64,000 bases of DNA from contig NC_088858.1 in the NCBI RefSeq assembly GCF_963853765.1, positions 29,822,001 through 29,886,000 of the forward strand, read 5' to 3'. Source of the DNA: Magallana gigas. Lineage: Eukaryota. Under the pieces are notes generated by a model. The model was given only the letters and a program-made list of their open reading frames with translations. It ran no database searches and was not told where the DNA came from. Of the stretch, positions 11,674 to 24,800 are shown piece by piece; the stretch's first letter is position 1; each line of letters begins with the position of its first letter. Made by a program: the position numbers and the translations under genes.

Positions 11674-13719
11674 ATGGAAAATCATGAGTCGGAAACGTCT
11701 ACAGAGAAAATTGAGTCAACGGTAACACGTGGATTAAACGACAGTGTGACCAAATGTTCCATTTGTTTGGACAAATTCCGAACACCAAAGAGTTTGCCGT
11801 GCTTACACACGTTTTGTCAGACATGTCTTGCTCGGTATATCAAGGAGTTCTTTCAGAGAGAGCAGAGTTTGTCCTGGAGTGGCTTTCCTTGTCCGACTTG
11901 TCGCACCACCGCGACACCGACAGATGCCACTGTGGATGTCGCTGGGTGGGCCGACCAGTTCCCCACCAATAACTTCATCCTGAGTGTCATGGACATGGCC
12001 AATTTCGAAAAAGCGGAGAAAGTTTGTGAACCATGTGAAAGGCAACACAAGCGCGGTGTAAGAGCTGAGATGTGGTGTAAGCTTTGTAAAGTATGTATGT
12101 GCATGGACTGCCTGTCGTTCCACAACGCCATGTTTCTTGATCATCATCCTTTATCGATATCAGAGGCTAAGGAGGAGCCTGCCTTGCTTGCTGGGGGACA
12201 GGGACTGTTGTGTTCCCGCCACAAGGAAAATCTCAATTTGTTTTGCAACGACCATCAAGTTCTTGCGTGTTCTTCTTGTATTGCAGTCGATCATCGGCGT
12301 TGTCTTCGAGTGATTACAGCAGAGGAATATGCCCACGAATTAAAATCCTCAAAAGAAACAGAAAGAGTCGTCCAAGATTTCAACGAATGTTTGTACTGCC
12401 TAGAAAATATCATCCAAGAAAATTTGCAACAGAGCGCTCATATTTCTAACCAAAAGCAAGAAATTATAAACACCATTACTGACTGCAGACGACAGATTAA
12501 CGCCCATCTGGACGAAATTCAGAACCACTTTCTGACTAAACTCAATGATACCCATAAGGAAGAGGCCGATAAAATTGACATGCAAATTCGAGAAATCAGA
12601 CAGCTGCAAACTGCTGTTGAGCACTCAAAGAAGATGGTTGAAGCAGTTTTAAGGTATGGTGGAGATTCACAGGTGTTGTCCACGTTCTTGAAAGCAAAGA
12701 CATCAACAACGGGATATAAACAGAAGTCTGTCGAAACGTATGAGAAAACGGAAAATGTGGATTATTCTTTCCAACTCAATGCACAAATACGGAAATTACC
12801 TTCTTTTATCAGAGACTTTGGCGAAATGAATGTGGTAAGAGCAAAACGAGGAGTTCCCAAGTCCGTTTCCAATATGAAACAAATGTTTGAGAGGAAAGCG
12901 ACCGAAATCCATAAGTTTTACGTCAGGCTCCCGTCAGATAGTATAGACTGCGTCATCACAAGCGGTCTGTACCTCTCCGACGGTCGGCTCATTATATGTG
13001 ATTTTCATAATCGTTGTGTCAAAATGTTTTTAGAAACAGGGGTCTTCATTACAAAAGTTCTCTTGCAGTCCGAACCGTTTGGTATTTGTAAGGTCGACGA
13101 TGATAAAGTTGCAGTCACCGAACCTAATAATCGAGAAATCAAAATCATATCAACTACAGATGACAATATGAAAGTGATCAGATCCCTAAATCTTGACAAG
13201 GTATGTTATGGGATCGAAAAATTCAAAGACGAACTTGTAGTCCTGCTGCCAATGGAGAAGCCTTTCCCTGGCTTGTGTGCCGTCTCCATGGAAGGTTCAA
13301 TAACGAACATGGTGAAGAAAGACAGTGCCGGTCATGCAATGTTTGAACACAAACCCTTTCATCTCGCCGTCAACAATCACACACACGAAATCTGTGTCAC
13401 TCAGAAAACGACAGCAGTCCGCGACAAACGTGGACTGGTTCTGGGAGAAAATCTCGACGTGAAATCCGACATACACCACGAAGATATCCGATGGGCACGT
13501 GGCATTGAAATCGACTTTGAAGGGAACTTGTATATGTGTGGACAAATGTCGTCGAATGTAGTTCAGTTCAACCCAGACTGTTCCCAGTCACGTGTTATTC
13601 TGACGGAATCCTGCGGAATCCAGCATCCAGCAGCCATCGGGTTTAATCGCAGTAAATTTTTCTTGACCGATGTTGGTGATAACAATAGAAACTTAGTTAA
13701 GATATTTGAGATGGTTTGA
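11674..13719 (+). CDS. TRIM-family E3 ligase (C3HC4 RING, B-box1, B-box2, coiled coil, NHL-like propeller), 681 aa, single coding exon
   Basis: RING CSIC...CLHTFCQTC...CPTC; B-box1 CEPC...WCKLCKVCMCMDCLSFH; B-box2 CSRH...FCNDHQVLACSSCIAVDHRRC; heptad region; NHL-like repeats (LIICDFHNRCVKMF, PFGIC, ARGIEIDFEGNLYMC). In-frame TGA just upstream of the ATG. Confidence 0.92.
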   Translation: MENHESETSTEKIESTVTRGLNDSVTKCSICLDKFRTPKSLPCLHTFCQTCLARYIKEFFQREQSLSWSGFPCPTCRTTATPTDATVDVAGWADQFPTNNFILSVMDMANFEKAEKVCEPCERQHKRGVRAEMWCKLCKVCMCMDCLSFHNAMFLDHHPLSISEAKEEPALLAGGQGLLCSRHKENLNLFCNDHQVLACSSCIAVDHRRCLRVITAEEYAHELKSSKETERVVQDFNECLYCLENIIQENLQQSAHISNQKQEIINTITDCRRQINAHLDEIQNHFLTKLNDTHKEEADKIDMQIREIRQLQTAVEHSKKMVEAVLRYGGDSQVLSTFLKAKTSTTGYKQKSVETYEKTENVDYSFQLNAQIRKLPSFIRDFGEMNVVRAKRGVPKSVSNMKQMFERKATEIHKFYVRLPSDSIDCVITSGLYLSDGRLIICDFHNRCVKMFLETGVFITKVLLQSEPFGICKVDDDKVAVTEPNNREIKIISTTDDNMKVIRSLNLDKVCYGIEKFKDELVVLLPMEKPFPGLCAVSMEGSITNMVKKDSAGHAMFEHKPFHLAVNNHTHEICVTQKTTAVRDKRGLVLGENLDVKSDIHHEDIRWARGIEIDFEGNLYMCGQMSSNVVQFNPDCSQSRVILTESCGIQHPAAIGFNRSKFFLTDVGDNNRNLVKIFEMV

Positions 13720-14018
13720 CATTGTAAGATGATTCTACGATCTCTCTATCATTCTGTCTCTCACATGCACGCATTTTCTACAGGGATAACGGAATAATAA
13801 CAAATATAAATTTCAACAATGGTCGCTACTTCATAGCCTGTTTGAACCTATTGACGGCCCCTTTTTAAAAATCCCTTAATTCATTTCTATTTAGTGAGTA
13901 TAATTACGTACAATATCGCTTATAAGGTCATATAGAAGGAAAAGTCAGCTCTTAAACATAGTCTGTTGTCAGTCCATGCATAATTTCTGTCTATCATGAA
14001 ACAGTTCATACAAGGTAC

Positions 14019-14392
14019 TACTATATAAATAGTGCCTGTTTGGGAGGGTAACAGTTGAAATTGACACCCCGAGAAAACCATTGTCAACCGACGCGAAGCG
14101 GAGGTTGACAATGGTTTTCGAGGGGTTTCAATTTCAACTGTTATCCTCCCAAACAGGCACTATTTATTTTGTTATACTGAATGTCTTAATTTTTAAGAAA
14201 ATTTTACTGCTTTTATATAGGAATAACGTGAATTCTACAGCAAACCGTACGCGCATAATTTTCGCGCATGTAACATTTTTTAATGTTACCCGTTGCTAAG
14301 TGCGTTGCTAACGCTGAGGGTAATAGAAAATATTATTAACTGCGTCTTAACCAATCAGATTTCAGTATTTAACATGAAAGTATAACAATATA
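14019..14392. mobile_element. Non-autonomous palindromic element with internal ~62-bp-arm hairpin (14028-14164); Crypton-like by inference
   Basis: Near-identical inverted copy at 56388-56748; central GACGCGAAGCGGAG loop; no ORF. The superfamily assignment is not verified. Confidence 0.75.
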
Positions 14393-14405
14393 TAAGAAAA
14401 CATCA

Positions 14406-14634
14406 TTAAGGATCATTTTAACAAGACGTTTGACTTTCAGTAAGATGTAACTATCTATTTCTTGCATCAAAACAAGTTAAAAATGACACTGGTTTCAAGT
14501 AAAATATGCACAGATTGAGTAGTCCTTAGCTCAAACCCAGACATGAGTGGCCAGCAATGAAACAAACAGGCCTACGTCACATTGCTGTTTGACACAACTA
14601 CCCATGGTCCAACCTCTTGTTAAAATGGTTCTAA
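14406..14634. mobile_element. Probable MITE
   Basis: Imperfect terminal IR AGGATCATTTTAACAAGA / TCTTGTTAAAATGGTTCT (16/18). Confidence 0.5.
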
Positions 14635-15047
14635 CGTTTTAATGTAAGTCATTATAATTTATTAAATGTAACTATATGGATGAGGGATAAACTTTGTCAA
14701 TGCAATGAACATTGCTGAATAAAACATTTGTAATAAGTTCTTTAAAAACATTTTTTTAAAAGATAATACTCAGCTGAAGTAAGTGTAATTTTACAACACA
14801 AAATGTGTAGTTTTATTACAAATGAATGAGCATATATTATCATACATTCATCACATTCCTCTCAACACATTCACTCACAAGACAAGTAACCACATTCTTT
14901 TTCACAGACACGTTATAAATATCACAAATTGCACTGAAATTGTAAAATCCTACACACAAGTCTGACTCCGCATTTAATCCAACTTTCAAACTGCATGTTT
15001 CTCCCATTCATCACACTGTCTCTTTGAATCTTTTGCCTTCATTGGTA

Positions 15048-17393
15048 TTATCCAAAGACCAGCTTCAGCGCTATCACCACTATATTAATTCCTATAAGGG
15101 GTACTGAAAAAAAAGACAGTTTAAAATTTAAAATATTACATATACTGTGTGTCATTTACCTATGGTTTAAAATACTTTTGCAAATAAAATGACATTCTCT
15201 TTGTTTTTATATTTGTTAATTAAAACATCATAAACCTTTAAAGTTAATTTTCAACATGTATTTCTGCATGTAATTCTTTCATTTTCAATCTTCAGTTTTT
15301 GTCATACTTTATCATTCATCTACATATACATGTATTTACATATACATTAAATATTTCATTTTGGAACAAAACAAACCACAAACACAGATATTCTTGGTTA
15401 TTCATGTTCAAAAGTTGTCTTTTTCATCTAGTTCTTATATTGTTCTTATATTAAAAAGACACTTTCACAAAAGATTTTGTTGTGAGGTGGGGGTTGTCAG
15501 CTATGTCTTTGACTTTTATTTTGAAATCGATTAGTAGCATCATTGGTCTCAGAATGACAGACACATGTAATCAACCATCAAAAACAATGGTTTGACTGTT
15601 TCATCACTACTTGGAATCTTGAGATAGTTATATTCTAAGAAGTCATTTTATTTCCTACATATAAAATGCATTATCTTACTTCTCATTACTGTTCGTATTG
15701 AACGAATCAGATTTAAGGCTTGAGTCTTCATTCCTGGTTGTTCTCCAAATCCTCTCTGATCTGAGCCCCATCCAACTGGAAGTAAACATAACTCTACGTT
15801 ATATCTAATCAATATACATAGTTTTAAAAACTTTACTTTTTATTTTCATTCATATAAATGAGTTTGACACAGCCCACATCTGTTGGTTTACTAAAATTTT
15901 GAGATGTACATCAGGAGCTTAATTTTGATAAATAGAGTCCTGGTCAATGCACCTTTTCAACCAAATGCCATGCCCAAAGTTAGTCAGAATGTAACCAAAT
16001 TGGTAAAAGAACAATGTTTTTCATCATTTTCATAGCATGCAAGATAAACTTTGATTCCATAATTTTTAAATCTTTTGTCCTGAGGAAAAAATATAATGTA
16101 TTGTGCAAACAAGCCTATGAGCTACACATCATTTTTATTAGCTGCAGGTCTGTAGCTCCCGGTCGGAAAAAAAAATCGGATTGACGAGCTACAGTGCCTC
16201 CATAAGTAAAAATCTGCAATTTACAGCGCACAAAAAATTGCACTAGTTTTGGACTGATTAACCTTATTTCACATGAATTCTGTGGAAAAATAAAACAGTT
16301 ATATTTTTCAGTCAATTTACTACTGATATCAGTACTTTAATTGACTCAAACTTTCTCTTAAACATGCAAACGGACCTTGGAAATGGAAGTATGATGAATT
16401 CACATCGAGATCAGGAGTCAACATTTTTACATGTAAACAAACTGCACAACTTTACTTAACAGGATTAGTGAGGGTGAAAAGAATATCAGAGGCAAGTAAA
16501 GTGATGAAATCTGTAGTGCAAGGAATTTTTTGGAATCAATTAGTTCTACTATAGAATGTGTTTGGAAATAAGATTTATCAGTCCAAAACTAGTACAATTT
16601 TTGTAGGTTTTTACTATGGGAGCCACTGTAGCTCCCATTTTGTCCATTTGATTTTTTTTCAGACTGGGAGCTACAGACCTGCAGATACATTTTTATTTGC
16701 TGTAGTTGTTTTTTAATTGCTATGATTAAATAAATTTAAAAAAATTAAATCCAGTTGAATTTCAATTAATATTTCAATCATAATTTTGATTGCAATGTTT
16801 TTTTCAATACACAGATTTCAATAATCAATGCATAATGACTCCCTGAGTGCATTTCATATTATACTTTCTTGAAGCATTCAAGTGAAAAATTCAGTGACAT
16901 ATATATACTAGTATATATAGGTCCCTTCAAAAACTGACACATTGAATTATCAATAAGAAGGTTTGCTAATGAATTAAACATGCTGTTGTATTTGCCCCGT
17001 TTTTTCTACTATTATTTAACACAGTACAGGAATAAAAATAGACTGAAATGTGACCACAGTTTCGTAGGGAAACACAAACACAAAGATACCAAAAAGGCAT
17101 ATGACCATATGAAAGTATAAGGGCTGTGTCCAATCTGATAATGGTCTTCTAATAGACGACAACTTTATGTTGCATACATGTTTTGGACACATATTTTGGA
17201 CTGTGCTTGCAAAAACGGCAGCACTACACCGTTTACATATGTTTGTTTACAGTATCATTTTCAAATGAATAGGAAATTGTTTTAAAAATGACATTGATAT
17301 ACTTTTAGCTAAAAATCGTTCTTCGTGTAGTACACAGACAGCATTCAAACACAGAATCACGGCTTCTATCAGTGAGTATAATCCAAGAGCCAT
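15048..17393 (-). CDS. IER3IP1: Immediate early response 3-interacting protein 1 (Yos1 family), 80 aa, 3 exons
   Basis: Exons 17303-17393, 15680-15775, 15048-15103 splice in phase to MALGLYSLIEAVILCLNAVCVLHEERFLAKIGWGSDQRGFGEQPGMKTQALNLIRSIRTVMRIPLIGINIVVIALKLVFG, matching the recalled human sequence (LHEERFL..IGWG...LIRSVRTVMRVPL). Confidence 0.93.
16141..16685. mobile_element. 545-bp non-autonomous TIR element in IER3IP1 intron 1
   Basis: TIR (G)CTGCAGGTCTGTAGCTCCC / GGGAGCTACAGACCTGCAG, TA flanks; 84-bp relative at 30816-30899. Confidence 0.75.
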
Positions 17394-18689
17394 TTCTTCT
17401 TTTGTACTAGTTGGCAAATGATCAATGTCATAATTTATTTTACCGAGGTCAGTTCACGGTATGTTAAATAAAACGCGAACCCGACTGCGAGAGGAAAAAC
17501 ACTAATACTTAGATAGAATCGTAATTATTTCCGGAATTTTCTTTTCTTCCCTTTTTGTGATTATCTAACAAAAAAATGTAAATAAGCGCAATAACACAAA
17601 GTGAGTAGTAATAAGCTTGATAAAAACCGATTCGCAAAATATGCGCTTTCTGCACCTTCTGCAGCAAGTTTTTCCTACTATATATCGTTGCAAGGTTCAG
17701 TTCAGGAATATTTTATGGTACCATTGTGGTAGACATATATAGAGCCAAGATTTATTATACTAACCAAATAAACTTTGAAAAAGTAGAGGGATGAGTTACA
17801 AAGATATAATCAGTACTTCATTATGTATAATTTGTTGACACATATTTGGATCAAAGTTTCATAATTGTATATCATTGCAAGTTGGAATCGGATTTTGATA
17901 CACCTACTGAAATCACAATTCATTATAGTATACGTATTTATATATGTTTTCTTTTGTGCTAAAGTAGTGATCATGAATGGTGTACACACAGACAATCAGT
18001 GAATAAAATTCATTAGGCTGTCAACCTATGAGTCTTCAAACTCTTAATACGTATTGAGCCCCCCCCCCTTTTTTTTTTAAAACAACCTCAAAATCTTTAT
18101 TCGTATCTTTTTACTATAACTGGTCGGCATGACTTTTATTGAATTATTTTTGAATGGCCAAAGAAAGGAAAGAACAAATGGTAAAAAAAATCATATGCAT
18201 TTCAATACATGTACAATTTTTTAGAAAATTCCTCAAGTTGTCAGCCTTTACAGATTTACTATAGGACAATTTATCATTCTTTTCATAAGACATTCTACAT
18301 GGGTATCAGCCTAGATACAGTTCACCACACACATGTAGTTCATCAGGCATCATTTATCACATCCACTGGATAAGGGTAAACCACTGTTTTGAGCAACGAA
18401 GTCCAAACTATATCATATAAAATTCAGCAGAAAAATAATTTCCCATGTTTTCTTCGATTAAGAAAAGGGAGTTAAGCTTGACAGTAGGTACAGTCTAATG
18501 CAAAGAAATGTAAACAACTTAATTTTTTTTCAACTTTAATTTTGCAAAGACTGAATTTTTATATTCAGTATATAAAAAAACAAGTAAGAATGTAAAGAAT
18601 ATATACCAAATGGAATACATGTATTATACAAAATGTACAACAATTAATACAACACGCTTTGAAAAAATATTGGTGAAGACAAACGGAAT

Positions 18690-18692
<3 letters not shown>

Positions 18693-18724
<32 letters not shown>
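18693..18724. repeat. (TC)16 microsatellite
   Basis: Read directly; probably in the SRCR gene 3' UTR. Confidence 0.9.
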
Positions 18725-18727
<3 letters not shown>

Positions 18728-18819
18728 GATATAAAAAATATTATATATATAATACAAAACTTAAAATTTCTTGTTTAAAGTTTTTGATAAAAGAACTTGA
18801 CCATTAATAAGTTACGAGA

Positions 18820-21800
18820 CTACGTATCTTCGGGTAAGGAAATCTCTTTGCATTCCGACAAGGAGCGCGTGAAATGATTCTTTGGGTAACTTTTAGGGAT
18901 ATTCTCTATTGTGACACGAACAGATTGTTTAGTGTTTTGTTGATTATCATACTCTTGTAACCCGGAGGCAGAGAAATTCGGCTCCATTGCAGCATAAGAT
19001 GAATCTTTAAAATCTGCCTTCACCCCTAGGGGCTTCATATCGTCATGTTCAATCATGTGATCCTCATTTGTTTCATCGTCAACCTTTTCATTGCAATCTG
19101 ATGAATATAAAATTGAATTAAAGCCAGCATAGTTGTGGTTAGTATATGCTAATCCCTGATCATTATCCGAACCGGTGGGGTGATATTGAACACTGTCCTG
19201 TTGAATGATGACGTCATCAGAGTCACAGATATTGTGCATAGGGTTATGAACATGTATAGAACCATCGAGTGATTTGTTGAGAACACCTTCCCTAAATTTT
19301 CCGTGTGTTTTCTCCTGTGATTTTTTGTTGTAAGATTTCCTGCATTTCATTACAATTATGACGATGACAATGATTAACAGACACGCGGCAATGGCGGACA
19401 CAACCGCCACTACTGCTTTGTTGTCCTCCTGTTTAACTGGCGAGGGAGAGTCAGGCCGAGGGGACGTGTCTGTAATGATATTTTCAAACAGCATATTAAC
19501 TCGTATTCATCATCAATCAAATCATAAAAAAGAAAATTCTGAACGATATTCTTACCAACTGTTGTTATGGGCTGGTAACTGCATGACACTGTGGCATAGC
19601 TTCTTCTGTCACACATCTTTTCATGGAAACATTCTTCCACGTGATTTCCAGAAGAACAGTCTAGAGTGTGATTCATCCAAATTGGGACGCTCAGTGGGCC
19701 GTCAGCGGAGCAACAGGAAGCGCGCCCATAGGGGAATCCCAGCTCCTGACACACCAAGGTCGCTGCGTGGTCGGTGAAACCATCATCACACAGCAAGTAC
19801 CAACCCTTGTCCCGGAATATCAACACAGGCCCGGAGCTTTGGCTTCTTCCGATACCATTATATATCCGGACTGAAGAAAACAAACGAAATAAGAGATAAA
19901 TTAAGACACAAGTTTAGTTTTAATGAAAATTAAATCAAAGTAAACAACAAGAAGTTTGCAAAAAGTGAAGGTAATTGTTTGGGGTTTTTTTGACAATCAT
20001 TAAATTATGTAAAATTTTAACTACTCTGATTTGTCAGCGAAATCTACCATGTCGAAAATATTAAAAACCAAACCTGCTAACCTAATACCTATCATTACAA
20101 ACACAAACGATCTTTTGGTGACAAAATGAGCATGCAGCCATGCACCATCATTTTTCACGAAGACACACACTAGACTATGTGCAAGTTTATAACATGTAAA
20201 GTTTTTAGTTTTCCTTCTCTCATTGACAAAATGGATCATTGTTTTTGTTTAATCATCCTTACCATTCTGATAGCAGAACACCCCGGCATCATTTCTGTGT
20301 TCAGTACATTCTCCATCTACAACCTCCTGCCATCCACTGTGTGGACAGTCGTCCAGTGCCCCGCTATCCTCACTGCACTGATACGATGCCTTGTACACGA
20401 GACCTTTAGCAGGTACTTTGTACGGACCCTCTATAGGATCACCCCCGTGGAACCCCATTTGTCTACAGAGGGCAGCAGCCTCTTCTTCGCCCCAATCTGT
20501 GTTACAAAGCGTGCCCCAGTTGTCGTTGAAATATATTTCCGCTCTGCCAGATCTTCCAGACGGATCTCCGCCAGAAATACGATAATAGATACCTGAAAGT
20601 GTGAATGTTTTAACAAATTAGTTTTTCTTAAACTCATGTACATGTATATCATCGGATAAATGTCATACATGCAACTTTAAAATAAAGGTAGCATCGATCG
20701 AAAGAAAAGCCAAACCTTGATCATCAAAGCAGAAGACACCAGCATAGTGGAAAGACGAACACTCCTTAACAGATCCTGCAGGAGTGTGCTGACACTCCTG
20801 TAGGGATTTTTCATGTCCTTGGCACTGAACATTGGAAATCCAGTAGGGCCCACTGGCCTGTTTCCCTTCTTCCACGTAGTGGCTGTAGGCAAGGCCCCGA
20901 ATGTAGTTGTTTTGTCGACAAACTACTTGGGCGTCCTTATCATCCCACCCATCTCGACAAATACGACCGTTAACGCCCATATAGTTAACAATGACATCGC
21001 CATAGTATTTTCCACCATTGATTTTGATTGTATAGTCTATAAACAAATAATAAGATGTGAATCAAACAACAAATAACCGTAAACATTGTTTACTTTTCCA
21101 AACATGTTTACTACCATCAGTGGTTTATTTTAATGTTCATTGTTATAATGCCACGTACATAACTAAGTGCGTCATATACTAGTACCTGATTTCCGATCAC
21201 CATTGTAACACAAGACAGAAGCGTACTCCAGGGAACTCGAACACTGAACCCCGTATGACTGAAATGTATGCGGGCATCTCAGAATGTTATCCTCCGAACC
21301 GCTGCATCGGAAATCTTTGAATAGTTGTTTATTGGGCAGTGCTCCAAATGGAGAGCAACAAATTGGAAGACTTTTGTCAAACCCAATGGTGGAGCAAACG
21401 AGGTCTAAAATGAGTAAAGAGAAGAAGGTTAGTATCATACATGCATGTATAATATACATGTATATGTATAATTATCCAATTAAAATGGTTAACTACATAA
21501 TTATATGTCTAGAACTACAGAATCCACATTTAGATACCTACTGGCTTCGTTCTGTCCAAAGGATTTAGGACAGATGGTACCCCACATGTTACTATAATAA
21601 ACTTCAACAGCACCGAAGACAGCGCCCCCATTCTGTAATCGCACTAACAGAAATATAATTAAAAACAATATCAAATTTACTGTATGATGATCAGTCTTTA
21701 ACAGTCAATACATCACAACAGAACAAATCTCTTGTTTTCACCTTCGTTTTTACAAATGTGTTTATATAGTTACCTTGCTGAAAGCAGGAAATTTCATGTA

Positions 21801-24800
21801 TCGGTATTGACTTGGAATTTTTTGGATTCCAATGTCCATCGCAGTGAGTGATGGAGGGTGCATCAGAAGCACACCTTATGTCTGTCACAACATGATGAAC
21901 AGAGGACACACTCCTGGACTGGGATAGTTTGGATCCACCGGCAAACCCCGCGCTAAGACAGAACAGATTGACTGCCGAATCGTCAAAGTAGGTATCATCC
22001 AGATAAAGAGTGTTACTTCCCACTATTAATTTTGGGATTCCACTAGAACCATCGCGACCTTCCAACTTGAATAAAATGCTACCCGAATCGGAACAAATCA
22101 CCCCGGCAATGGTGTCACTGTCGGAACAGCCATGGTCTCCGCCGAAGTTTGAATAGGTGCAACTTTTGATTTCGTTGACACCATTGCACGTAAGGTTTCC
22201 CAATACTACTGGATACGTGAAGTCCTTGTAGACGTTAACGGCATAACCCTTCTGGAATCCTTTGGTCTTGCAAACTAAACTTGCATCAGAATTATCAAAC
22301 TGTTGGTTACAAACGTAACCCTGGAGACCGTATCTGGAAGCTAGGACTGGTCCATAAAAGCCGTCCAGGTGGATGGTCAGATCTACAAAATAAAACCCGT
22401 AATTCTGAGTTAGAGCAAGACAGATACCCCCGGAACATAGAGAAAAAATATCTTCTTTTAAATTAAATGTATAAAGAACCGTCACCTTCAGTTGCAATAT
22501 TTGTTAACAAACAGAGCACTGACGCATATTTTCCACTCCTGCATGTCCTTCCTTTCGTAAATGGACACATCAGAGGACTAGACTCCGCCCCTGTACACGA
22601 GAAACCAGTGAGAAATGTTTGAATGGCTGTTCCATTGGTTCCAAGTGCGGAACAACACTGTGATAGTCCGGCTGTATATCCTAAAGCTTTGCAGACGACA
22701 GTAGCATCTGTATCGTCGAAATTCTCATCACAGACTGAATACCAGCCGTTGTCACTCCATAACTCTAAACGGCCATAATTAATCATACTGCTGCCAGTTA
22801 GACGAACTGTAAAGAAATTAATTTTTTGTTTTATTTCATTTTCAGAATGTGTTACCGCTATAAGAATTAAAATACTACGTGGACACAGTCAACTGCATGG
22901 TAATGTGAAACATTTTGCATACTATTTCATATTGCAAATTAAAACTTATCTGTTTTGGTGTAAATGAAAAAAAATACTGTGTTATAATTTTGTAATATGG
23001 GTACCATCCAGTTTCAAACTTTATTATGGGTTTTTAAGTTGAAATTTGTTAATATCGACTTTTTCAATCAATAAACGATTTGGAAAGAATGTGTGAGCGT
23101 AAATAGGTACGTGTGTAGCACATATCTGGAAATCTGTAGTCCTGGTAAATAATAAATAAAACCACCAAGCTTGATTAGATTCGGAGTGTTTAAAAAATTA
23201 CGTTAAGTTTTATTTTCAATCTTATTTAACAAATGTGAATACTTTTAAATTCGACACATACCGGTTTCATAGCATTTGACGGCGGACATCATGTTTCTTG
23301 GACACACTACTTGGTCTGGCACCAATGATACCACGCAGTCCAGGAGTCTCTGTTCGTCTCCACTGCATTTGATGTAATCCATGGTAGAATATCCGGCCGG
23401 GAAATTTTGTCCAAAGGAGCCACCGGGAAGTGCTACTCCGTCTCTGTAACCACGCAGACGACAGATGACCCTGGCTTCCGCTTCCGTTAGGTTCCCAGCA
23501 CACAGAGAACCCCAGGTCCCCCTGACGTTAACTTCAACATGCCCTTCGTTTAATCTGTTGCCGTAAGAAAGCTTTAACTGGGGTTTCTGCGGTTCTGTTG
23601 CAAGGAAAAATATCATGAACACTTTTGTAATACATGTGCGTGTATGATAAAATGATAAAAAAAATCCACAAACCAATATATCTTTTACAATTATTATTTT
23701 ACGAATATAGAATTGGTTTGAACCTTTTGTGTTAAAGCAAGCCACAGCAGCTGCAACTTTGTCATCAAATCGACCGAGCTTCCCTACTCTCCCTGCATTG
23801 GGACAGTCGCCAATCCTGGCTTCAGTGCCTACGCATGAGGCGTTCCTGAGCCAGTAGATGTTGTGAGAGTGAATCGTTGGTCGAAGATGTCGGAGAGCCA
23901 ACCCAGACTGGAACTTGTTCTCCCGGCAAATGACGGTGGCGTCCATGTCGGTGAATTCTGAGGCGCAGAGGAGACCCGGCTGATATACGTAAGAGATTTG
24001 AACAATGTTGTAATGGCTAAGGGTTGTGTGAACTGCAATAAACAATTTTATGAGCTCAGTAATACTTAATCATGATGTATTGTCAGAAAAAATTCACCAC
24101 TTACACAAAACGTCTTAAAAGACAATGAGGACCAAATGAGAGTTGGTAAAAAAAAATTAAAAGAAAACAAATAGATGACCTGATATTCTAGATGAGTTTA
24201 CAAACAAATACATGTACAATATTGCAGAACCAAACGAACACTTCTAGCTTAATTATCTCAATAGTACGATGATTTCTTGTCAGAAATGTAAGGTCCGTAA
24301 CTAAAAATAGAAACTGAAATAGAATTTTCTGTGACATACTTATGCTGTTTGCGGGGTCTGTGTTTGTACAGAAGACAGAAGCGTAGTTTCCAGTAGTACA
24401 GTTGGGATCGGTGTACTCATTCCGACAGGCCCTCAGTCCGCTCTCTGTCCCATCACAGTTGACGTCTGACATGGCAAATTCCATGTCAGTAGGCTCGGGT
24501 TCTAACCCCATACAACACACTTCAATTGAATAACGATATCCAAATTGCTTGCAGACTACGCGTGCAGCGTTTTCATTGAAACCGTCTGCGCAAACCATCC
24601 CATAGTTGTTTTTCTTCCATACTCGGACAATTCCGTAATTTGCATGGTTTAGTTTCACTATAATCACGAAAATACAACTAACAATAGTACAATAAAGTAA
24701 TTTTAGGATAAACTGCAAGTTTATAATCAACATTGATAACTAGCAGCAACAACTAGTGCATCGTACAGAAATATAATGACACATTTCCTCATATTAACCT

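Noticed and set aside
15990-16079. Extra minus-strand exon (DKRFKNYGIKVYLACY...) in IER3IP1 intron 1
   Set aside because: No good phase-compatible donor, and the three-exon model already gives a full-length Yos1 protein.
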